A DNA stretch of 64,000 bases from Pseudomonadota bacterium (GCA_021817985.1 JAKAFK010000003.1:7136-71135), one strand, 5' to 3'; positions 36,643-49,907 are shown, counted from the stretch's first letter. Notes: generated by a model from the letters alone, not told the origin. A program made the numbers and translations.

Positions 36643-38139
36643 TCAAGCCCCCTTGAGCTTGCTTTGCGCCACGTGTGACAAGAGATTCGCCACCGAGGAA
36701 TGCATGACCTCGGTAAAGGGCAAGGGGTACACGCCCATCGCGAGCACGACCACCGCCAAGCTGCCCAGGATCAGGAACTCGCGCGTCGACAGATCGCTCA
36801 AGCCTTCCACCCGGGGATTGGTGATTTTGCCGAAGATCACGCGCTTATACATCCACAAGGTATAGGCGGCGCCGAAAATCAAGGTCGTGGCGGCGGCAGC
36901 CGAGTACCAGAAATTCACCTTCATCGATCCCATGATGACCATGAATTCGCCCACGAACCCGCTCGTCGCGGGCAACCCGGAATTGGCCATGGCGAACAGC
37001 ATGAACAAGGTGGCGAACAAGGGCATGCGGTTGACCACCCCGCCATAGTCATTGATCTGCCGCGAGTGCAGGCGATCGTAGAGCACGCCAACGCACAGGA
37101 ACAGCGCGCCGGAAACGAAACCGTGAGAAATCATCTGCACCAGCGCCCCTTCCGTCCCGAAGCGGTTGAACAGGAAGATCCCCAAGGTGACGAACCCCAT
37201 GTGGGAAATGGAGGAATAGGCGATGAGCTTTTTCATGTCGCCTTGCACCAGGGCGACGAGCCCGATGTAAACCACCGCGATCAAGGAGAGCGTGATCATG
37301 AACCCGGACAGCAGGTGGCTGGCATCGGGCGCGATCGGCAGGCAAAAGCGCAGGAAGCCGTAGGCGCCGAGCTTCAGCATGATCGCCGCCAGCACCACCG
37401 AGCCCCCGGTGGGCGCCTCCACGTGCGCGTCCGGGAGCCACGTATGGACCGGCCACATCGGCACTTTCACCGCAAAGGCCATGAAGAACGCGAGGAAGAT
37501 CAGGACTTGCGCCTCCAGGCCTAACGGCAGTTGCTGGTAATCCAGGATGTCGAAGCTGCCGCCTGAGCGCTGATAGAGGTAGATGAAGGCCACCAGCATG
37601 AGCAGCGACCCCAGCAGGGTGTACAGGAAGAATTTGACCGCCGCGTAGACGCGATTAGGCCCCCCCCATACGCCGATCACCAGGAACATGGGGATCAGCA
37701 TGGCCTCCCAGAAGACATAGAACAAGATGGCATCGAGCGAGGCGAACACGCCGTTCATCAAGCCCGACATGATCAGGAAGGCGGCCATGTACTGGGCGAC
37801 ACGCTTTTCGATGACCTTCCAGCCGGCCGCCACCACCACCACGGTGGTGAAACTCGTCAGCAGGATGAAGAGCACCGATATCCCGTCCACGCCCAGATGG
37901 TAATTGACGTGCAGCGCCTCGATCCAGGGATGCAGTTCCGTGAACTGCATCCCTGCGGTCTGCACATTGAACTGCGTGTAGAGCGGGATCGAAGCCAGGA
38001 AGCCCGCCACCGCGCCGACCAGGGCGACCCACCGCGCCAGCCGGGCATTGCGGTCCGAGCCGGTAGCGAGCACCAGCACGCCAAAGAGGATCGGAACCCA
38101 GATCACCAAGCTAAGCCATGGAGTCGAAGCCATCATCAC
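36643..38139 (-). CDS. nuoM: NADH-quinone oxidoreductase subunit M
   Basis: [42 protein letters not shown]. Confidence 0.97.
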   Translation of the reverse strand: MMMASTPWLSLVIWVPILFGVLVLATGSDRNARLARWVALVGAVAGFLASIPLYTQFNVQTAGMQFTELHPWIEALHVNYHLGVDGISVLFILLTSFTTVVVVAAGWKVIEKRVAQYMAAFLIMSGLMNGVFASLDAILFYVFWEAMLIPMFLVIGVWGGPNRVYAAVKFFLYTLLGSLLMLVAFIYLYQRSGGSFDILDYQQLPLGLEAQVLIFLAFFMAFAVKVPMWPVHTWLPDAHVEAPTGGSVVLAAIMLKLGAYGFLRFCLPIAPDASHLLSGFMITLSLIAVVYIGLVALVQGDMKKLIAYSSISHMGFVTLGIFLFNRFGTEGALVQMISHGFVSGALFLCVGVLYDRLHSRQINDYGGVVNRMPLFATLFMLFAMANSGLPATSGFVGEFMVIMGSMKVNFWYSAAAATTLIFGAAYTLWMYKRVIFGKITNPRVEGLSDLSTREFLILGSLAVVVLAMGVYPLPFTEVMHSSVANLLSHVAQSKLKGA

Positions 38140-38185
38140 CTTCCTGTGTTGTATGCGCCCGTAGAATATTCATCCGGTCTTGGTC

Positions 38186-40147
38186 TCAGCCCTTCGCAAA
38201 CCAGATGAGCGCGGCGACGCCGATGATCATGGCAAAGGCGTAGTGGGAAATCAGCCCGGACTGAAGCCGCCGGGTGAAGCGCGCGGAGAGGGCCACCATG
38301 CGGGCCACCCCGTTGACGAAAAACCCGTCGATGACGCGCACGTCGCCCCAGCGCCAGAGCACGCCGCCAAGCCGCCTCGCCCCCCCGGCAAAAAACCAGT
38401 CGTTGAACTCGTCGAAGCCATACTTGTGCTCGAGGATCGCATAGATCAGCGAAAAACGGTCCTTGATGCGCGCCGGCAAGTCGGTCCTCTTGAGGTACAG
38501 GAACCACGCCGTGCCGATGCCGGCGAGCGCCAGCCACAACGGGGCCGAAAAGAAACCCTGGGCAATCGCCCCGAGCGTGCCGCCGTGCGCCTGGAAGGCC
38601 TCGCCCATCTGCGCGGCCCAGGCATGCGGCGCCTGCACCATGATCGCGGACCCAAAATAGTTGCCGTAGAGCATCGGCTGCACAAACAGGAAACCGGACG
38701 CAAAGGCGGGAACCGCAAGCGCCACGAGGGGCACCCACACGACCCAGGGCGATTCCTTGAGATGGGCGCGCGTATGTTCGTCCATGCGCGGACTCCCGTG
38801 GAAGGTCATGAACAGCATGCGAAAGGTATACAGTGCCGTCACGAACACGCCCGAAAGCACGGCAAAGTGCGCGAAGCCCGCCCCGGGGAGCGTCGAGTGC
38901 CCGATGGCCTCGATGATGGCGTCCTTGGAGAAGAATCCGGCGAACGGCGGAATGCCGGCAAGCGCAAGCGAGCCGATCAGGGCGGTCCCATAGGTGATCG
39001 GCATGTACTTCCTGAGGCCCCCCATCTTGCGCATGTCCTGCTCGTGATGCATGGCCATGATGACGGAACCGGCCGCCAAAAACAGCAGCGCCTTGAAGAA
39101 GGCATGGGTCATGAGGTGGAAGATCGCCGCGCTGTAGGCCGATGCGCCCAGGGCCGCCGTCATGTAGCCCAACTGCGAGAGGGTCGAATAGGCCACCACC
39201 CGCTTGATGTCGTTCTGGATCACCCCCAGGAAGGCCATGAACAGTGCCGTAATCCCGCCGATCACCATGACCACCGACAAGGCGGTGTCCGACCACTCGA
39301 AGATGGGCGACATGCGCGCCACCATGAAGATCCCGGCCGTGACCATGGTGGCGGCGTGGATGAGCGCCGAGATGGGCGTCGGGCCTTCCATCGAGTCCGG
39401 CAGCCACACGTGCAGGGGGAACTGGGCGGACTTCCCCATCGCCCCGACGAACAGGAGCAGGCTGATCACCGTGAGCAGCATCCAGGGGTGCCCGGGAAAC
39501 AGCGTGACCGCAACATGCGTCGCCGCGGGGACCTGCGCGAACACGGCGCTGTAATCGAGGGTGCCGAACTGACGAAGGACGAGCGCCACACCCAAGAGGA
39601 AGCCCAAATCGCCGACGCGATTCACCAGGAAGGCCTTCAGATTGGCGTAGATCGCGCTCGGACGCGTGTACCAGAAACCGATCAGCAGGTACGATACCAG
39701 CCCCACCCCCTCCCAGCCGAAGAAGAGCTGCAGAAAGTTGTTCGCCATGACCAGCATCAGCATGGCGAAGGTAAAGAGCGATATGTAGCTGAAGAAGCGC
39801 TTGTAGCCGGGATCGTCGTGCATGTAGCCGATGGTGTAGACATGCACCATCAGCGAGACGAACGTCACCACCACCATCATGAGCGCGCTCAGACGGTCGA
39901 TCAGGAAGCCGATGTGAAGGGGGGTGGCTCCGGCGACGAGCCAGGTGTAGACCGTCCCGTTGTAGGTATGGCCGGCCAGGACATCCAGGAATATGACCAG
40001 CGATGCGACGAAGGAGAAGGCGACCCCCAGGATGGTCACGCTGTGGGCGAGCCGCCTGCTGATCCAGTGTCCCAGGAGTCCTGCCACCGCCGCACCGATC
40101 AGCGGGCTGAGCGGCACCCACAAGTAAAGCATCTGCATGGTCGTCAT
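38186..40147 (-). CDS. nuoL: NADH-quinone oxidoreductase subunit L
   Basis: GKSAQFPLHVWLPDSMEGPTPISALIHAATMV, HLMTHAFFKALLFL. Confidence 0.97.
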   Translation of the reverse strand: MTTMQMLYLWVPLSPLIGAAVAGLLGHWISRRLAHSVTILGVAFSFVASLVIFLDVLAGHTYNGTVYTWLVAGATPLHIGFLIDRLSALMMVVVTFVSLMVHVYTIGYMHDDPGYKRFFSYISLFTFAMLMLVMANNFLQLFFGWEGVGLVSYLLIGFWYTRPSAIYANLKAFLVNRVGDLGFLLGVALVLRQFGTLDYSAVFAQVPAATHVAVTLFPGHPWMLLTVISLLLFVGAMGKSAQFPLHVWLPDSMEGPTPISALIHAATMVTAGIFMVARMSPIFEWSDTALSVVMVIGGITALFMAFLGVIQNDIKRVVAYSTLSQLGYMTAALGASAYSAAIFHLMTHAFFKALLFLAAGSVIMAMHHEQDMRKMGGLRKYMPITYGTALIGSLALAGIPPFAGFFSKDAIIEAIGHSTLPGAGFAHFAVLSGVFVTALYTFRMLFMTFHGSPRMDEHTRAHLKESPWVVWVPLVALAVPAFASGFLFVQPMLYGNYFGSAIMVQAPHAWAAQMGEAFQAHGGTLGAIAQGFFSAPLWLALAGIGTAWFLYLKRTDLPARIKDRFSLIYAILEHKYGFDEFNDWFFAGGARRLGGVLWRWGDVRVIDGFFVNGVARMVALSARFTRRLQSGLISHYAFAMIIGVAALIWFAKG

Positions 40148-40186
40148 AAGAGTGTCCGAATCGGTGTCGTGATGGAGAACGCCCGT

Positions 40187-40492
40187 CTAGCCGCGCAACT
40201 GATCGAGGTCATCCACGTCGATGGTCTTGAGGTTGCGGAAAAGCACCACCAGGATGGCCAGACCGATGGCCGCCTCTGCGGCGGCAACCGTGAGGATAAA
40301 GAAGACGAACACCTGCCCGGCCATGTCGTTCAGATAATGGGAGAAAGTGATGAAGTTCAGATTGACGGCGAGCAGCATGAGCTCGATCGACATGAGAAGG
40401 ATGATCACGTTGCGGCGGTTGAGGAATATCCCCAGCACGCTGATGCAGAACAAAATGGCCGCCAGGACCAGATAATGCGAGATAGTGAGCAA
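40187..40492 (-). CDS. nuoK: NADH-quinone oxidoreductase subunit K
   Basis: [26 protein letters not shown]. Confidence 0.97.
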   Translation of the reverse strand: MLTISHYLVLAAILFCISVLGIFLNRRNVIILLMSIELMLLAVNLNFITFSHYLNDMAGQVFVFFILTVAAAEAAIGLAILVVLFRNLKTIDVDDLDQLRG

Positions 40493-40508
40493 CGGTGTCT
40501 CCCTGGAT

Positions 40509-41123
40509 TTATTCCTGCGACTCGAGCGTCTCCGCGCGCGGCGTAGCCTTCATCTTGACCATACGCACGCGGTCTTGCCGCTTCACCGAGACCTGGGCCG
40601 CCGGATTCTGGTATTTGGTGTCCTTGCGGTGGCGCATGGTGAGCGCGATCGCCGCCACGATCGCCACCAGCAGGATCACCGCCGCGACCTCGAAAGGATA
40701 GAGGTATTGGGTATAGAGGAGACTTCCGAGGGCCTTGGTGTTGCTGTAGCCCGCGGGCTCGGTCGCCCCCTGGGATCCGAACGAGCGTCCATAGAGGACG
40801 GTGGTCATCTCGAAGCCCATGAGGGCGGCGACCGTCACGGCCACCGGCAGATAGCTCCAGAAGCCCTCGCGCAGCTTGGTGAGATTGAGGTCCAGCATCA
40901 TCACGACGAACAGGAACAGCACCATGACCGCGCCGACGTAGACGAGCACCAGCGTGATCGCGAGGAACTCGGCCTCCAGGAGAATCCACAGGCCGGCCGC
41001 GGTGAAGAAGGCCAGCACCAGCGCCAGGGCGGCGTGCACCGGATTTCGGGCAGTCACCACCCGCAGGCCCGAAGCGACCAGGATCGCGCCGAAGCTATAG
41101 AATACAAAGGTCTCAAAATCCAT
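40509..41123 (-). CDS. nuoJ: NADH-quinone oxidoreductase subunit J
   Basis: [40 protein letters not shown]. Confidence 0.96.
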   Translation of the reverse strand: MDFETFVFYSFGAILVASGLRVVTARNPVHAALALVLAFFTAAGLWILLEAEFLAITLVLVYVGAVMVLFLFVVMMLDLNLTKLREGFWSYLPVAVTVAALMGFEMTTVLYGRSFGSQGATEPAGYSNTKALGSLLYTQYLYPFEVAAVILLVAIVAAIALTMRHRKDTKYQNPAAQVSVKRQDRVRMVKMKATPRAETLESQE

Positions 41124-41166
41124 TTAGGGCGCCCAAAAAGTTCCGTACGGTTGCAAGGCCCACATC

Positions 41167-41655
41167 TTAGCGGTATTTGGCATCACAGGCTCGATCCTTG
41201 GCGATCTGGCTTTCGTACCGCTCGCCCAGCTCAAGCAGCATGGGCTTGGTATACAGCAAGTCGCCGCGTTTCTCGCCGCAGTATTCGAAGATGCGCGTCT
41301 CGACAATGGAATCCACCGGGCACGATTCCTCGCAAAAGCCGCAAAAGATGCATTTGGTGAGGTCGATGTCGTAGCGCGTCGTGCGCCGCGTCCCGTCGGC
41401 GCGCGCGGCCGACTCGATGGTGATCGCCAGGGCCGGGCACACGGCCTCGCACAGCTTGCAGGCGATGCAGCGCTCCTCGCCATTGGGATAGCGGCGCAGC
41501 GCGTGCAAGCCCCGGAAGCGCGGCGACTGCGGCGTGCGTTCCTCCGGATACAGCACGGTGATCTTGCGCGCGAACAGCTGGCGCCCCGTCAGTGCCATGC
41601 CCTTCAGCAGCTCGATCAGCAGGAAGCTCGAAAAGAAGTTCTTGATGCGGTTCAT
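41167..41655 (-). CDS. nuoI: NADH-quinone oxidoreductase subunit I
   Basis: [12 protein letters not shown] and [12 protein letters not shown] ferredoxin motifs. Confidence 0.97.
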   Translation of the reverse strand: MNRIKNFFSSFLLIELLKGMALTGRQLFARKITVLYPEERTPQSPRFRGLHALRRYPNGEERCIACKLCEAVCPALAITIESAARADGTRRTTRYDIDLTKCIFCGFCEESCPVDSIVETRIFEYCGEKRGDLLYTKPMLLELGERYESQIAKDRACDAKYR

Positions 41656-41672
41656 GGCAGGCCTTCGTATCC

Positions 41673-42704
41673 TCAATGGACCAGGTAGCGGTAAGGCGTC
41701 TGCAGGACCAGCCCGACGGCCACGATCCAGACGAGGGTCACGGGAATGAACACTTTCCAGCCCAGCCGCATGATCTGGTCGTAGCGGTAGCGCGGAAAGG
41801 TCGCGCGCGCCCACAGGAACAGGAGCAGCATGAAAGCGACCTTGCCCAGCAGCCAGAGGAAGCCCGGGATCCAGGTGAAGGGGGCGACGGGAAACAGCGG
41901 CTCCCATCCGCCCAGGAACAGGAGGCTCGCAAGCATGGCCACCAGGATCATGTTGGCGTACTCAGCCAGGAAAAACACGGCGAAGGCCATGCCGGAGTAT
42001 TCCACGTGAAAGCCCGCGACGATCTCGGATTCCCCCTCCGCCACGTCGAAGGGCGCCCGGTTGGTCTCCGCCACGCCGCTGATGAAGTAGACGACGAACA
42101 GGGGCGCGAGCGGCAGCCAGTACCAGTGAAACACGCCTCCTCGCTGGGCCTGCACGATGTCGATCAGATTGAGGCTATGCGCGGCCATCAGAACGCCCAC
42201 CAGGGCAAACCCCATGGCGATCTCATAGGAGACGATCTGTGCGGCCGAGCGCATGGCGCCCAGGAAAGCATACTTGGAATTGGACGCCCACCCGGCGATG
42301 ATCACCCCGTACACGCCCATGGAGGTCATCGCGAGGATATAGAGCAGCCCGGCATCGATGTTGGCGAGCACCATGCGCGGGCTGAAGGGAACCACCGCCC
42401 AGGCCGCAAGTGCCGGCGCGATCATGAGCATGGGCGCCACGACAAACAATCCCTTCGAGGCCCCGGAGGGCACGACAATTTCCTTCATCAGGAGCTTCAG
42501 ACCATCCGCGATGGGTTGAAGCAAGCCCTTGAAACCCACGCGGTTCGGTCCGATGCGCACTTGCATGTAGCCGATCACCTTGCGTTCGGCATACGTCAGG
42601 TAGGCCACGCCGATCATCAGCGGCGCGATGATCGCGATGATCTTGACGAGCGCCCAGACCGGCGTCCATGCAATCCCGAGGATCCCTTGCCAAAATGCCA
42701 TCAT
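41673..42704 (-). CDS. nuoH: NADH-quinone oxidoreductase subunit H
   Basis: [43 protein letters not shown]. Confidence 0.97.
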   Translation of the reverse strand: MMAFWQGILGIAWTPVWALVKIIAIIAPLMIGVAYLTYAERKVIGYMQVRIGPNRVGFKGLLQPIADGLKLLMKEIVVPSGASKGLFVVAPMLMIAPALAAWAVVPFSPRMVLANIDAGLLYILAMTSMGVYGVIIAGWASNSKYAFLGAMRSAAQIVSYEIAMGFALVGVLMAAHSLNLIDIVQAQRGGVFHWYWLPLAPLFVVYFISGVAETNRAPFDVAEGESEIVAGFHVEYSGMAFAVFFLAEYANMILVAMLASLLFLGGWEPLFPVAPFTWIPGFLWLLGKVAFMLLLFLWARATFPRYRYDQIMRLGWKVFIPVTLVWIVAVGLVLQTPYRYLVH

Positions 42705-42714
42705 GTCTTCTCTA

Positions 42715-45093
42715 TCAGGCGGAAACAGGTGAAATGCCCGGTCGGACGCCCAGGGCCTCGACCGTGACCTCGCCAAACATGGCGTCCAGGCCGGCGGTCG
42801 CCGGATGCCCGGCGGCCAGCCGCACGCAGCCGTCCGGCAGCCGATCGTCCGCACGCACCCGCACCTCGGCCGCACCCTGCCCCTGGCGGATGCGCACCCG
42901 ATCATCACTCGCGACGCCCAGCCGCGCCATCAGCCGAGAGGTCATCCAGGCCACCGGCTCGGTCGCGCCCTTCGTCGCCTGCAACGCGCGCGCGCGGCGC
43001 ACGATCGCATCGGCATAGTAGGGAGGGATCTCCCCGATGCGCTCGAGTTCGGTCGCCGGCATGTCGGGCACGTCGTCCTCGCACGCGACCCGGTTCTCGA
43101 GCATCGCGGGGACCAGCGTGCCCATGGCCATGCGCACGTCATTGACCGTCTCGTAATCGAAGCCGGCGAGCGACAACAAGTTCCCCAACACGCGCAGCAC
43201 CTTCCACGCCGGACGCGCCTCGCCTTGCGGCGTGACCGCCGCCTGGAAGCTTTGGAGCCGTCCCTCGGTGCTGATGAAACTCCCGGCGGTTTCGCTGAAG
43301 GGCGCGATGGGCAGAATCACGTCGGCATACTCGGGGGCACGCGTCTTGAAGGCGGTGAACGCCACCACGAACTCGGCTTCGTGCATGGCGGCCAGCGCAC
43401 CCGCGGGATCGCGGCAGTCGAGCTCCGGCTCCACGCCCAGCAGCACATAGGCCCGTCGGGGGGTCGCGAGCATCTCCCCGGCATTGCGGCCATGCAGCGC
43501 GTCGGCACCTATGGGGTTGGGCACGGCCCCCGCGACGTAGGCTCCCACGCTGTTGGCCGCTTCCCCCAGCACGCCGAAGGTGCTGCCGGTGACCCGCGCG
43601 AGATCCTGCGCCAGCAGGGCAAGGCGCCCATAGGCGGGGTGATGTTGAGCCAGATTGCCGAGCAGCACGCTGGTCGCCTGACCTTCGATCAAGGAGCGCG
43701 CAGTGGCCCGGGCGGCTTCGCGCACCTCGATGGCCGCCCGTTTCCAGCGGGCCGGCACCTCGACGCCTTGATGCTCGCAGGCGGCGTGCACGATTTCCAG
43801 AATCGTATCCGCCAGCGCGGAGGGCCGTACGATGAACCGGTTGGCGATGGGGACCAGGAGATCATCGTCGGTCGGATTCACGACATGCAATTCGGCGCCC
43901 CGCTTCACCGCCTGTCGCAGCCGCTGCGCAATCAAGGGGTGATCCTTGCGCAAGGTGCTGCCGATGACCAGGACGGCGTCGAGCGCCGAGAGCGAGGCGA
44001 CGCTCTGGCCCAGCCAGGGCGCGCCCGACCGCGCAAGGTCAAGGCTGAAGTCGGCCTGCCGAAGGCGGTGGTCGACGTTGCCGCTGCCCAGTCCGCGCAT
44101 CAGCTTCTGCAACAGATAGAGCTCTTCCAACGTGGCGTACGGCACCGCCAGCGCGCCGATCGCGTCCGGCCCGTGGTCGGCGCGGATGCGCGCCAATGCC
44201 GCGGCGACGTGTTCCAGCGCCTCCTGCCACTCGCACTCGCGCAGGTGCCCGTCGCGGGAGATCATCGGACGCGTCAGCCGTTCCTCGGAGTTGAGCGCCT
44301 CGTAGGAGAAGCGATCCTTGTCGGACAGCCAGCACTCGTTGATCGCCTCGTTTTCCAGGGGGAGCACCCGCATGACGCGGTTTTGCTTGACCTGCAGCCG
44401 CAGGTTGGAGCCCAGGGCGTCGTGCGGGCTCACGGATGGCCTCGACGAGAGCTCCCAGTTGCGCGCGGTGTAACGGAACGGCTTGCTGGTGAGCGCGCCC
44501 ACCGGGCACAGGTCGATGATGTTGCCGGACAGCTCCGAATCCACCGTGCGCGCGACGAACGGGGTAATCTCCGCATGCTCGCCGCGTCCGATCATCCCCA
44601 GTTCCTGGATGCCGGCGATCTCTTGTCCGAAGCGCACGCAGCGCGTGCAATGAATGCAGCGCGTCATGTCAGTGGCGACCAGGGGCCCCAGGTCCTTGTT
44701 GAGCACCACCCGCTTGGCCTCCCCGTAGCGCGAGCTGCTCGCCCCATAGCCCACCGCGAGGTCCTGCAATTGGCACTCGCCCCCCTGGTCGCAGATGGGG
44801 CAGTCCAGGGGGTGATTGATCAGGAGAAACTCCATGACCCCTTTTTGGGCTCGAACGGCGCTCTCCGAATGGGTGAACACGCGCATCCCCTCGGTCACGG
44901 GCGTCGCGCAGGCCGGGAGCGGCTTGGCGGCTTTCTCCACCTGGACGAGGCACATCCGGCAGTTGGCCGCGATGGACAGCTTCTTGTGGTAGCAGAAATG
45001 CGGAATATAGATCCCGGCCTCGCGTGCGGCATCCATGATGGTGCTGCCGTCCGCCACCGTTACGTCCTTGCCGTCGATCTCAAGTTCAATCAT
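42715..45093 (-). CDS. nuoG: NADH-quinone oxidoreductase subunit G
   Basis: [43 protein letters not shown]. Confidence 0.97.
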   Translation of the reverse strand: MIELEIDGKDVTVADGSTIMDAAREAGIYIPHFCYHKKLSIAANCRMCLVQVEKAAKPLPACATPVTEGMRVFTHSESAVRAQKGVMEFLLINHPLDCPICDQGGECQLQDLAVGYGASSSRYGEAKRVVLNKDLGPLVATDMTRCIHCTRCVRFGQEIAGIQELGMIGRGEHAEITPFVARTVDSELSGNIIDLCPVGALTSKPFRYTARNWELSSRPSVSPHDALGSNLRLQVKQNRVMRVLPLENEAINECWLSDKDRFSYEALNSEERLTRPMISRDGHLRECEWQEALEHVAAALARIRADHGPDAIGALAVPYATLEELYLLQKLMRGLGSGNVDHRLRQADFSLDLARSGAPWLGQSVASLSALDAVLVIGSTLRKDHPLIAQRLRQAVKRGAELHVVNPTDDDLLVPIANRFIVRPSALADTILEIVHAACEHQGVEVPARWKRAAIEVREAARATARSLIEGQATSVLLGNLAQHHPAYGRLALLAQDLARVTGSTFGVLGEAANSVGAYVAGAVPNPIGADALHGRNAGEMLATPRRAYVLLGVEPELDCRDPAGALAAMHEAEFVVAFTAFKTRAPEYADVILPIAPFSETAGSFISTEGRLQSFQAAVTPQGEARPAWKVLRVLGNLLSLAGFDYETVNDVRMAMGTLVPAMLENRVACEDDVPDMPATELERIGEIPPYYADAIVRRARALQATKGATEPVAWMTSRLMARLGVASDDRVRIRQGQGAAEVRVRADDRLPDGCVRLAAGHPATAGLDAMFGEVTVEALGVRPGISPVSA

Positions 45094-45126
45094 AGGAATT
45101 CCCGATCGTTCCTCGCGCCGCCCGCC

Positions 45127-46392
45127 TTACACCATGCACGTGCCATGCTGGATGTGGTGCTCGAATTCGGCCCGGTAATGCTTGAGGAAGCTCTTGACCG
45201 GCGTGGCCGCCGCATCGCCCAGCCCGCAGATCGTGCGCCCGCCGATGTTGCTCGCCGCCTGCTCGAGGAGAACCAGGTCCTCGGGACGTCCCTGCCCGTG
45301 CTCGATGCGATGGATGATCCGGTACAGCCATCCGGTACCTTCCCGGCACGGCGTGCACTGCCCGCACGATTCCTCGAAATAGAAGTAGGACAACCGCTCC
45401 AGCGCGCGCACCATGCACACCGTCTCATCCATGACGATCACGGACCCCGCGCCGAGGGACGAACCCGCCTTGGCGATCGCGTCGTAGTCCATGGTCAGAT
45501 CCATCATCACCTCACCCGGCACCACGGGGACCGAGGATCCGCCCGGGATGCACGCCTTGAGGCGGCGCCCGCCGCGCATGCCCCCCGCCAGATCGAGAAG
45601 CTCCCGGAAGGGCGTGCCGAGCGGCACCTCGTAGTTGCCCGGCCGATTGACGTGCCCCGACACGGAAAAGATCTTGGTGCCGCCGTTGTTGGGCTTGCCC
45701 AGTTCGAGAAACGTCTGGCCGCCGTGCCGGACGATGTACGGGATGCAGGCGTAAGTCTCTGTGTTGTTGACGTTGGTGGGTTTGCCGTACAGGCCGAAGC
45801 TCGCGGGAAAGGGCGGCTTGAAGCGCGGCTGCCCCTTCTTCCCCTCGATGGACTCGAGCAACGCCGTTTCCTCGCCGCAGATATAGGCGCCATACCCGTG
45901 ATGATTATGCAGGTGGAAACAAAAATCCGTGCCGAATAGGCGATCGCCGAGGAACCCGCCCGCATAGGCCTCGGCCACCGCCTCCTCGCAGCGTTCATAG
46001 ACCTCGAAGATCTCGCCGTGGATGTAGTTGTAGCCCGTCCGGATGTTCATCGTGTAGGCGGCGATCGCCATCCCCTCGATCACGACATGGGGATTGAAGC
46101 GCAGGATATCGCGGTCCTTGAAGGTGCCCGGCTCGCCCTCGTCGGAATTGCACACGAGATACTTGTCGCCCGGCAGATGGCGCGGCATGAAGCTCCATTT
46201 GAGCCCGGTCGGAAAACCGGCTCCGCCGCGCCCCCGCAAGCCCGACTTCTTGACCTCGTTGATGATCACCTCGGGCGGCACCTGTTCTGTCACCAGGCGG
46301 CGCAAGGTCTCATAGCCGCCGGCGCTGCGATACGTCTCGAGGGTCCACGGGCGATCCAGATGCCGGGTATTGAAGATGACTTCGTTGGCCAT
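45127..46392 (-). CDS. nuoF: NADH-quinone oxidoreductase subunit F
   Basis: [34 protein letters not shown]. Confidence 0.97.
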   Translation of the reverse strand: MANEVIFNTRHLDRPWTLETYRSAGGYETLRRLVTEQVPPEVIINEVKKSGLRGRGGAGFPTGLKWSFMPRHLPGDKYLVCNSDEGEPGTFKDRDILRFNPHVVIEGMAIAAYTMNIRTGYNYIHGEIFEVYERCEEAVAEAYAGGFLGDRLFGTDFCFHLHNHHGYGAYICGEETALLESIEGKKGQPRFKPPFPASFGLYGKPTNVNNTETYACIPYIVRHGGQTFLELGKPNNGGTKIFSVSGHVNRPGNYEVPLGTPFRELLDLAGGMRGGRRLKACIPGGSSVPVVPGEVMMDLTMDYDAIAKAGSSLGAGSVIVMDETVCMVRALERLSYFYFEESCGQCTPCREGTGWLYRIIHRIEHGQGRPEDLVLLEQAASNIGGRTICGLGDAAATPVKSFLKHYRAEFEHHIQHGTCMV

Positions 46393-46399
46393 ATCGGGT

Positions 46400-46873
46400 C
46401 TATTCCAGCTCGGAGAGGAGGCGGTCGAGTTTCTCCGGCGTGAGGAAGCCCTCCATGCGATGATTGTTGATGGTGCACAGCGGGGCGTCCCCGCAGGCGC
46501 CCATGCATTCGGCGGCCCGCAGCGTGAATTTGCCGTCGGCGGTGGTTTGTCCCACCTCGATGTTGAGGCGCTTCTTCAGATGCTCGACGATATCCAGGGC
46601 GCCCGTGAGGGTACACGAGAGATTGGTGCATACCGTGATCTTGTACTTGCCCACGGGCGCGAGCTCATACATGTTGTAGAAGGTGGCGACCTCGCGCACC
46701 GCGATCGGCGGCATGTCGAGATACTGGGCCACGAACGCCATGGTCTCGTCGGACAGCCAGCCCTTCTCGACCTGGGCAAGCCGCAGTGCCGACATCACTG
46801 CCGAGCGGCGCTGCTCGGGCGGATACTTGGCGATTTCCTTGTCGATGGCGGCGAGTGTTTCGCTGGATAGCAT
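46400..46873 (-). CDS. nuoE: NADH-quinone oxidoreductase subunit E
   Basis: [18 protein letters not shown]. Confidence 0.96.
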   Translation of the reverse strand: MLSSETLAAIDKEIAKYPPEQRRSAVMSALRLAQVEKGWLSDETMAFVAQYLDMPPIAVREVATFYNMYELAPVGKYKITVCTNLSCTLTGALDIVEHLKKRLNIEVGQTTADGKFTLRAAECMGACGDAPLCTINNHRMEGFLTPEKLDRLLSELE

Positions 46874-48127
46874 TTAGCGGTCGATCTCCCCAAACACGAT
46901 GTCCTGCGTTCCGATGATGGCGACGACGTCGGCGATCATATGCCCGCGCGCCATCTCATCCATGGCGGCCAGATGCGCGAAGCCCGGCGCGCGGATCTTC
47001 ATGCGATAGGGCTTGTTCGCCCCGTCGGAAACGAGGTAGATGCCGAACTCGCCCTTGGGATGCTCCACGGCCGCATAGACCTCCCCCTCGGGGACGTGCA
47101 TGCCCTCCGTGAAGAGCTTGAAATGGTGAATCAGCTCTTCCATGCTCTCCTTCATCGCCACGCGCGAGGGCGGCGCCACTTTGTGGTTGTCCGCCATCAC
47201 CGGCCCCGGATGCGTGCGCAGCCAGTCGACGCACTGCCGGATGATGCGGTTGGACTGGCGCATCTCCTCGATGCGCACGAGGTAGCGGTCATAGCAGTCG
47301 CCGTTGACCCCGACCGGGATATCGAACTCGACGTCCCGGTACACTTCGTAAGGCTGCTTCTTGCGCAAATCCCACTCGACCCCGGAGCCGCGCAGCATCG
47401 GCCCGGTGAAGCCCAGCGCCAAGGCCCGCTCGGGCGATACGACCCCGATGCTGACCGTGCGCTGCTTCCAGATGCGATTGTCGGTCAGCAGCGTCTCGTA
47501 CTCGTCGACATAGCCGGGAAAGCGCCGGGTGAAGTCCTCGATGAAGTCGAGCAGCGAGCCGGTGCGGTTCTCGTTGAGCGCCTTGACGGCCGGGGCATGG
47601 TGATAACGGCTCGCCTCATACTGCGGCATGCTGTCCGGCAGATCGCGGTAGACGCCGCCGGGCCGGTAGTAAGCCGCATGCAGCCGGGCCCCGGATACCG
47701 CTTCGTAGCAATCCATCAAATCCTCACGCTCGCGGAAGGCGTAGAGGAAGACGGTCATCGCGCCCACGTCGAGCGCATGCGCGCCGAGCCAGAGCAGATG
47801 GTTGAGCAGGCGCGTGATCTCGTCGAACAACACTCGGATGTACTGCGCGCGGACGGGCACTTCGAGTCCGAGGAGCTTCTCCACCGCCATGACGTAGGCG
47901 TGCTCGTTGCACATCATCGAAACGTAGTCCAGGCGGTCCATATAGGGCAGCGTCTGGAGGAAGGTCTTGCTCTCGGCGAGCTTCTCGGTGGCCCGGTGCA
48001 GGAGGCCGATATGGGGATCCGCGCGCTCGATCACCTCCCCATCCAGTTCGAGGACGAGGCGAAGCACGCCGTGGGCCGCCGGATGCTGCGGCCCGAAGTT
48101 CATGGTGTAGTTGCGGATTTCAGCCAC
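46874..48127 (-). CDS. nuoD: NADH-quinone oxidoreductase subunit D
   Basis: [31 protein letters not shown]; GTG start at 48127. Confidence 0.97.
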   Translation of the reverse strand: MAEIRNYTMNFGPQHPAAHGVLRLVLELDGEVIERADPHIGLLHRATEKLAESKTFLQTLPYMDRLDYVSMMCNEHAYVMAVEKLLGLEVPVRAQYIRVLFDEITRLLNHLLWLGAHALDVGAMTVFLYAFREREDLMDCYEAVSGARLHAAYYRPGGVYRDLPDSMPQYEASRYHHAPAVKALNENRTGSLLDFIEDFTRRFPGYVDEYETLLTDNRIWKQRTVSIGVVSPERALALGFTGPMLRGSGVEWDLRKKQPYEVYRDVEFDIPVGVNGDCYDRYLVRIEEMRQSNRIIRQCVDWLRTHPGPVMADNHKVAPPSRVAMKESMEELIHHFKLFTEGMHVPEGEVYAAVEHPKGEFGIYLVSDGANKPYRMKIRAPGFAHLAAMDEMARGHMIADVVAIIGTQDIVFGEIDR

Positions 48128-48713
48128 CGTAGTTCTCCTCGCGGACGATGCGCGGCACGAGCTCACGGGGTTCGATGCTGACCGGCTGATAGACGACCCG
48201 CCGCTCATCGGGGTCATAGCGCATCTCGACGTGGCCTGAAAGCGGGAAGTCCTTGCGGAAAGGATGTCCCACGAAGCCATAATCGGTCAGAAGGCGGCGC
48301 AGATCGGGGTGGTTTTCGAACAGGATCCCATACAGGTCGAACGCCTCCCGTTCGTACCAGTTGGCGGCAGGCCAGAGAGGAAGCACCGAGGGCACCACCG
48401 GCCATGCGTCATCGGCGGCGAACACCCGCACCCGCAGCCGCCAGTTGTGCGTCACCGACAGCAGGTGATAGACCGCGGCAAAGCGCGGTCCCTGCCATCT
48501 GCCGTCGCCGTGCTGGGCGTAGTCGATGCCCGCCAGGTCAATCAGCTGCTCGAAGCGAAGGCGCGAATCGTCCCTCAGGGTCTGCGCGACCTCCAGCCAG
48601 GCGCTCGCGCCCACCACCAGTGTGAGTTCCTCAAGCCTTTCAGTGAGAGAGACAACCTTTCCCTCCAGGGTCTCGGCGATCGCCGCAGCCAGTCTGTCCA
48701 GTGAGGACGCCAT
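48120..48713 (-). CDS. nuoC: NADH-quinone oxidoreductase subunit C
   Basis: [34 protein letters not shown]. Confidence 0.97.
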   Translation of the reverse strand: MASSLDRLAAAIAETLEGKVVSLTERLEELTLVVGASAWLEVAQTLRDDSRLRFEQLIDLAGIDYAQHGDGRWQGPRFAAVYHLLSVTHNWRLRVRVFAADDAWPVVPSVLPLWPAANWYEREAFDLYGILFENHPDLRRLLTDYGFVGHPFRKDFPLSGHVEMRYDPDERRVVYQPVSIEPRELVPRIVREENYGG

Positions 48714-48840
48714 TCACATCCCGGTGCCGGCGCCGCGTCTCAGGGTCTGGTGACCCGGACGCGCAGCGTGGCTCCGCTCCTTTGCAAGAATTGATTCGTT
48801 CGCCGGAGCCAAAAATCGCCCCGCGCCTTCCGCCTACCCC

Positions 48841-49317
48841 TTAGCGCGCAATTGTGTTGGTCCGCCTGATCTTGTTCTGCAGCTGCAAGATGCCGTAGAG
48901 CAACGCTTCCGCCGTCGGCGGACAGCCGGGAACATAGATGTCTACCGGCACGATGCGATCGCACCCGCGCACGACCGAGTACGAGTAGTGGTAATAGCCC
49001 CCGCCGTTGGCACACGACCCCATGGAAATCACCCAGCGCGGCTCGGCCATCTGGTCGTACACCTTGCGCAAGGCGGGCGCCATCTTGTTGGTCAGGGTGC
49101 CGGCCACGATCATCACGTCGGACTGCCTGGGACTCGGCCGGAAGACCACCCCGAAACGATCCAGGTCGTAGCGCGAGGCCCCCGCTTGCATCATCTCCAC
49201 CGCACAGCAGGCGAGCCCGAAGGTCATCGGCCAGAGCGAGCCCGTGCGGGTCCAGTTGATGAGCTTGTCCGCGGTGGTGGTCACGAACCCCTTGTCGAGA
49301 ACGCCTTCTATTCCCAT
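48841..49317 (-). CDS. nuoB: NADH-quinone oxidoreductase subunit B
   Basis: [27 protein letters not shown]. Confidence 0.97.
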   Translation of the reverse strand: MGIEGVLDKGFVTTTADKLINWTRTGSLWPMTFGLACCAVEMMQAGASRYDLDRFGVVFRPSPRQSDVMIVAGTLTNKMAPALRKVYDQMAEPRWVISMGSCANGGGYYHYSYSVVRGCDRIVPVDIYVPGCPPTAEALLYGILQLQNKIRRTNTIAR

Positions 49318-49664
49318 TCCAAGGCTCCCTTCGTCCATTCGTACACGAAGCCCACCAGCAGGATGCCCAGAAAGACCATCATGGCGACGAAGCCGGTCCA
49401 GCCGAGCTTGTCGAGCACTACCGCCCAGGGAAACAGGAACGCGATCTCGAGATCGAACAGGATGAAAAGGATCGCCACCAGGTAGTAGCGGACATCGAAT
49501 TTCATGCGGGCGTCTTCGAAGGCCTCGAAGCCGCACTCGTAAGGAGAGAGTTTCTCGCTATCCGGACGGTGGGGCGCCAGCAAGCGGCCCATGAGCACGG
49601 GCACCAGACCGAACGCCAAGCCGACAAGGATGAACAACAAGATGGGAAAATAACCCGCAAGCAT
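49308..49664 (-). CDS. nuoA: NADH-quinone oxidoreductase subunit A
   Basis: [27 protein letters not shown]. Confidence 0.97.
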   Translation of the reverse strand: MLAGYFPILLFILVGLAFGLVPVLMGRLLAPHRPDSEKLSPYECGFEAFEDARMKFDVRYYLVAILFILFDLEIAFLFPWAVVLDKLGWTGFVAMMVFLGILLVGFVYEWTKGALEWE

Positions 49665-49712
49665 GTCCAATTGGCTCCTGCACACGCGTCCAATGCGATC
49701 GCAAAACGCCCC

Positions 49713-49742
49713 AGTTTAGTTTTGCAGCGAAACCACTGTCAA
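49713..49742 (-). promoter_or_regulatory. Sigma70 promoter of the nuo operon
   Basis: Minus strand TTGACA-N18-TAAACT about 50 nt upstream of nuoA. Confidence 0.65.
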
Positions 49743-49907
49743 GCGCGCCTGACACACACGCCCGCCGCGGATGCAGCGGTGGGCAGGCCCCCGTGGACGC
49801 GCGCGGTTGACCTCCCACTTGGCGCGGCGAGCCCGACCGTCTCGCACTCGGTGTCGCGAGCGGCGGCCCAGCAAAAACGCGTCTTCCGTCGATCCTGCAG
49901 ACCGAAA

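Noticed and set aside
42805-45939. 1044-aa plus-strand ORF, and similar long ORFs at 743-2533, 13458-15029, 19242-20837, 28896-30773, 38180-40546, 53895-55448, 60038-61993
   Set aside because: Antisense shadows of well-supported genes; stop-poor reverse frames are expected in high-GC coding DNA and no motifs are recognisable
48714-48840. 127-bp gap between nuoB and nuoC with a GGCTCCG/CGGAGCC stem
   Set aside because: Single weak stem with a long loop; not repeated elsewhere, no evidence of a REP or ncRNA
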